Origin: Methanotrichaceae archaeon
GTDB lineage: Archaea; Halobacteriota; Methanosarcinia; Methanotrichales; Methanotrichaceae
Assembly (NCBI GenBank): GCA_963803145.1
Contig: CAWDLW010000016.1
Coordinates: 32,001-96,000 of the forward strand
Length of the DNA stretch: 64,000 nucleotides
Reading direction: 5' to 3'
Shown here piece by piece: positions 60,405 to 64,000 of this stretch. A program made the translations under genes and the position numbers. Numbering within the stretch: position 1 is the stretch's first letter; the number at the start of each line of letters is the position of its first letter. The notes under the pieces were generated by a model. The model had not been told where the DNA came from and searched no databases. It saw nothing but the letters and a program-made list of their open reading frames with translations.

Positions 60405-61205
60405 ATGAGTAAGATCGGAAAATCCATCAGGTTAGAGCGTATCATTGATCGAAAGACGAGGCGGACGGTCATAGTTCCGATGGATCATGGTATATCAGTG
60501 GGACCAATTGATGGGCTGATCGATATGCCTGCGACTGTAAACAAAGTTGCTGAGGGTGGAGCAAATGCTGTTCTTGGCCATATGGGGCTGCCGATGCACG
60601 GCCACAGAGGCTACGGCAGAGATATAGGCCTAATAATTCACCTCTCTGCATCATCATCGCTCAGCCCAGATCCCAACCATAAGGTCCTTGTGACGAGAGT
60701 GGAGGATGCAATAAGGGTAGGCGCAGATGCAGTCAGCATTCATGTCAATATCGGTGCTGAAGATGAGGCTGAGATGCTAAGGGATCTGGGCAGAACTGCA
60801 AGAACATGCGATCTCTGGGGGATTCCATTGATTGCAATGATGTATCCGCGAGGGACAAAGGTGAAATCCGAGCACAGCGTGGAGTATGTGAAGCTTGCAG
60901 CACGCATAGGCTCTGAGCTCGGTGCAGATATAATCAAGACCAATTATACAGGCTCTCCCGAGACCTTCAAAGAGGTCGTGAGAGGATGCAATGCTCCAGT
61001 CGTGATCGCAGGTGGTCCGAAGATGAACACAGAGAGGGATCTATTGCAGATGGTTTATGATGCTCTGGGCGTTGGAGCTGCAGGAGTGGCTATTGGCCGA
61101 AACATATTCCAGGCCGAGAACCCCACGCTCCTTGTGAGGAAGCTCAGCTCAATAGTCCACAAGGGGTACACTGTGGAAGAGGCTGAAGGTATCAAGCTGG
61201 ATTAA
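60405..61205 (+). CDS. aroA': 2-amino-3,7-dideoxy-D-threo-hept-6-ulosonate (ADH) synthase, DhnA-type class I aldolase
   Basis: [45 protein letters not shown]. Confidence 0.85.
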   Translation: MSKIGKSIRLERIIDRKTRRTVIVPMDHGISVGPIDGLIDMPATVNKVAEGGANAVLGHMGLPMHGHRGYGRDIGLIIHLSASSSLSPDPNHKVLVTRVEDAIRVGADAVSIHVNIGAEDEAEMLRDLGRTARTCDLWGIPLIAMMYPRGTKVKSEHSVEYVKLAARIGSELGADIIKTNYTGSPETFKEVVRGCNAPVVIAGGPKMNTERDLLQMVYDALGVGAAGVAIGRNIFQAENPTLLVRKLSSIVHKGYTVEEAEGIKLD

Positions 61206-61474
61206 CGGCATGTGCCATCAAAGGCAACATACCTCTATCTTTATCAGCCTTGATGGTCTTACTTAAGATATTTCCAGCCTTATCAAAAGACGGTCCAATC
61301 TGCATTATATTTAGCATTGTTATCTATCTTACCTTATATCCGCTATAGCGTCATCGCAAGCATATATTTCCATTGCTCTCTTCTATTAGAAAATCGTACA
61401 GAGGAAGAAATAAATAACATCATATACAAATCTGTAAAGGGATTTGCAATTTTACCATAACCCGGAGTAAGAAC

Positions 61475-61780
61475 ATGAATGAGAAAGAGAATAACCAATT
61501 GATGGTAGGAGTTTGCCCGAGCTGCGGAAAGCCATTCAGAATCGAAAAGGAAAGCGGCGGAGAGGAGTGGAGATATTGTGCAGATGTCTGCATGAACCCT
61601 GCTGCGATACCTACGGGAGTTAGGCTCCAGGCCGATCAGGCAACATACCATTACATAGATGGAAACATGAATGAGTTCAAACGTGATGAATATATTAAAG
61701 TTCACGGCATAGATCCATTGCCCATATGGGAAGCGATCGAGAAATGGCGTGAAGAGCAGATCAAGAAGTGGAAGATGTAA
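61475..61780 (+). CDS. Small hypothetical Zn-ribbon protein
   Basis: CPSC and CADVC; GGAG upstream of ATG. Confidence 0.65.
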   Translation: MNEKENNQLMVGVCPSCGKPFRIEKESGGEEWRYCADVCMNPAAIPTGVRLQADQATYHYIDGNMNEFKRDEYIKVHGIDPLPIWEAIEKWREEQIKKWKM

Positions 61781-61922
61781 GTATATTGGACATCATTGAC
61801 GAGTTGTGCTTAAAGATTTGTGCTTATAAAAGGCGCAATCTTAACATCTATTTTCATTTTTTCTGCTTTATCGTCCTGCTGCGGACAAGCTAAATATACA
61901 TTCTATAGATACAGCTTCATGA

Positions 61923-62283
61923 AATGGAAGCATAAACTATAGAAGAATAGGGATCGCAATAGCTCAGGGAGCCATCTTCGGCATAATATGCGTATATGGA
62001 ACGATGAATAGTGTACTGCTATCGCCCATTATCCTCGCGACTATTCTATATGATAGAATTCTCTTAGGCATAGTGATAGGAATCGCCTATGGTCTAAATC
62101 TTCATCCTATTATCAGGTGTGGAGCTCTTGTAGCCATTGTGAGCTTTGGCATAACCATTCCCGTCAGGCGTTGCAGGCGGTGCACTTCTCTTGGGTGCAG
62201 GAATCATCTACGGGGGCATAATAGACCTGATTGCTGCAAAGTTTTTTAAGATTAATATTCTTATAATATTTACCGATTCATAA
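61923..62283 (+). pseudogene. Small Gly-rich membrane protein remnant
   Basis: Hydrophobic frame extends upstream of 62004 (RRIGIAIAQGAIFGIIC) without an in-frame start; a shift near 62160 continues as PSGVAGGALLLGAGIIYGGIIDLIAAKF. Confidence 0.5.
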
Positions 62284-62390
62284 TCCAATAATTGGTCTTT
62301 AAGATAACGGTCTTCTTGTATACAGTGGTTACGTCTGCGTAATGATATCGACCGCAAGGTATATCCACTTCATGCAATATATGAGGAAGC

Positions 62391-63077
62391 ATGAGATATA
62401 TAGCCCTTATAGCACTTACCCTGATATCAGCAGCCATGTTGGCAGTTCTGGTGGAAGGCCAGGATGCAGACAGCTGGTTTGCCCAATCGGCACGGGATTA
62501 CTCCAATGGCTCTTATGCGGTCGCACTTCAGGATATAAACAGGTACTTAGGGCAGAACTCTACGGATGCGAACGGCTGGAGTTTAAAGGGATTGATCCAG
62601 ATAAAGCTGAAAAAGAATGAAGATGCCTTAAACAGCTTCGATAAGGTGACTGAGCTTGACAGCTCCAATGCTCAAGCATGGAATGATAAGGGTCTGTTAC
62701 AGGGCGCGCTTGGAAAAAATGATGACGCTATTGAGTCTATCGACATGGCACTGGAGCTCAACCCAAAGAGCGCAAGCACCTGGTATAACAAGGGACTTGT
62801 GCTGGAAAACATGGGAAGATATAACGAGTCTGTAGATGCTCTTAACAATGCAACCAAGATAGATAGCTCACTTGTTCAGGCATGGACTGAAGAGGGAAAG
62901 ATACTGAAGGCCGGAGGGGACTATGAGGATGCCCTCAAGTGTTTCGATAAAGCGACACAGCTGCAGCCCAGAAACAAAGATGCTTGGAATGCAAAGGGCG
63001 ATGTTCTCACAGCCCTTGGCCAAAGTGACGAGGCAAAGGTGGCCTATGGGATGGCCGGGAAAACTAATGTCAAATAA
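62391..63077 (+). CDS. Secreted tetratricopeptide repeat protein
   Basis: Signal peptide plus repeated W..KG..L...G....A...A..L.P units. Confidence 0.9.
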   Translation: MRYIALIALTLISAAMLAVLVEGQDADSWFAQSARDYSNGSYAVALQDINRYLGQNSTDANGWSLKGLIQIKLKKNEDALNSFDKVTELDSSNAQAWNDKGLLQGALGKNDDAIESIDMALELNPKSASTWYNKGLVLENMGRYNESVDALNNATKIDSSLVQAWTEEGKILKAGGDYEDALKCFDKATQLQPRNKDAWNAKGDVLTALGQSDEAKVAYGMAGKTNVK

Positions 63078-63454
63078 TTTTTATAACATATTTTTATTTC
63101 AGCGTTACAGCGCTGGTTGAATGAAATTGCATTAAACTAGTAAGCGATATCGGGGGATAGTTATTAAGAAGTAACCAAACGATCTCTTTTCTTCACCCGA
63201 TGTTCGTTGGCGTAAATGGGCACAAAATCTTTGATGCTAACATTAAAGGGCTCTTCCGCATAGGTTCTGGGCAAGGTTTGTAGCGTTGATATTAATGTGT
63301 AATTTGAATCAGCCTCGCATTTATCCCTCCTGGATTTCCGATTTTCGGTTTGGTTAGCAGTAAGTTGATAGCTAATAGATTCATGGGTATGGTGGCAATA
63401 GAGAAAAATTCCGCGACCTTAACGTTCTGGAATAGGTTAATGAGGAATCTTATA

Positions 63455-63748
63455 CTACCTCGTTATGTCCGATGTTTTTTGATCCCTCAGCTTATTGATC
63501 TCCTGCTCAGCCTGTGCTTTGACAACAAATGTTCCGTAATGGGGCTTGACTATAGGAAATATGAGATCCGAATCCTCTATCGCTAAAGCTATTGGAGGAA
63601 CTCCCACTAGGTAGCAGTCCTTTAAGACCTTATACCCGGGCTGAACATAATAGACCTCCTTGAAGTTCCTCTGGATAAACTCCCTGGCATCCTTAAAGGT
63701 AGCTCCTTCAAGGAGCACGTCGTGTTTTATATTATCTATGCATTTCAT
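63455..63748 (-). CDS. DUF1894 family protein
   Basis: MKCID...LL...TF.DA..FI, V.PGY, G.PPI, KP.YGTFV. Confidence 0.75.
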   Translation of the reverse strand: MKCIDNIKHDVLLEGATFKDAREFIQRNFKEVYYVQPGYKVLKDCYLVGVPPIALAIEDSDLIFPIVKPHYGTFVVKAQAEQEINKLRDQKTSDITR

Positions 63749-63847
63749 ATCTGGCAGGCTCTATAGCATTGCATCGATCACAATCGGAATTATTATAGAA
63801 CTAGGCAGGTAATCTATATCAAGTTATGTCACCCGAGATAAGGCAGA

Positions 63848-64000
63848 ATGAAATGCATCCGGTGTGACGAGAATGCCATAGTTTCGCAAAGATATTCGGG
63901 CAAGCACCTATGTGGTAGCCATTTCATAGAGGACTTCGACAAAAGGGTCGAGGAAACGCTGGAAAAAAGGCTTATGATAACGCAAGGTGATCGAATAGCT
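63848..64000 (+). CDS. TtuA/Ncs6-like tRNA 2-thiolation protein (N-terminus only)
   Basis: MKCIRC...QRYSGKHLC..HF...V......MI..GDRIA, truncated by the window edge before the PP-loop. Confidence 0.8.
   Translation, partial: MKCIRCDENAIVSQRYSGKHLCGSHFIEDFDKRVEETLEKRLMITQGDRIA

Noticed and set aside
1-64000. CRISPR array, cas genes or rRNA
   Set aside because: No regularly spaced repeat-spacer units, cas-like ORFs or rRNA-like sequence were seen.

Overview
Archaeal chromosomal DNA from a methanogen, most consistent with Methanosarcinales/Methanotrichaceae (Methanothrix-like); this is inferred from gene content and protein style, not from a marker gene. Left arm: a secreted repeat protein, the AcnX phosphomevalonate dehydratase pair, a stand-alone soluble mtrA-like/mtrH-like pair divergent from an HTH + GvpD/KaiC-like ATPase pair, and cooS-cooF. 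Then secreted proteins and an AT-rich accessory tract (about 11-23 kb) containing an fdhC-type transporter split by an IS5, an IS630, an IS1634-like element, defence-type ORFs and gene remnants, ending at tRNA-Thr(GGT). Next is a glycogen cluster (KaiC-like ATPase, GT3 synthase, two GT4s, GalT-like, GH57, GH133), a candidate AbrB-like/PaREP1 toxin-antitoxin pair, a NitT/TauT ABC transporter whose binding protein is frameshifted and circularly permuted, and toxin-antitoxin debris. Right arm is mostly core: ASH-Ski2-type helicase, regulators, aCPSF1, psmB, PINA, porGDAB-purO-ftr, panE, SIMPL pair, orphan cheR, ADH synthase, TtuA start. No CRISPR array or rRNA was seen. Best candidates for an undescribed system are the soluble MtrA'/MtrH' module with its divergent HTH-GvpD-like pair, and the KaiC-led glycogen synthesis operon. 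All family calls come from motif recognition by eye; no database search was run.
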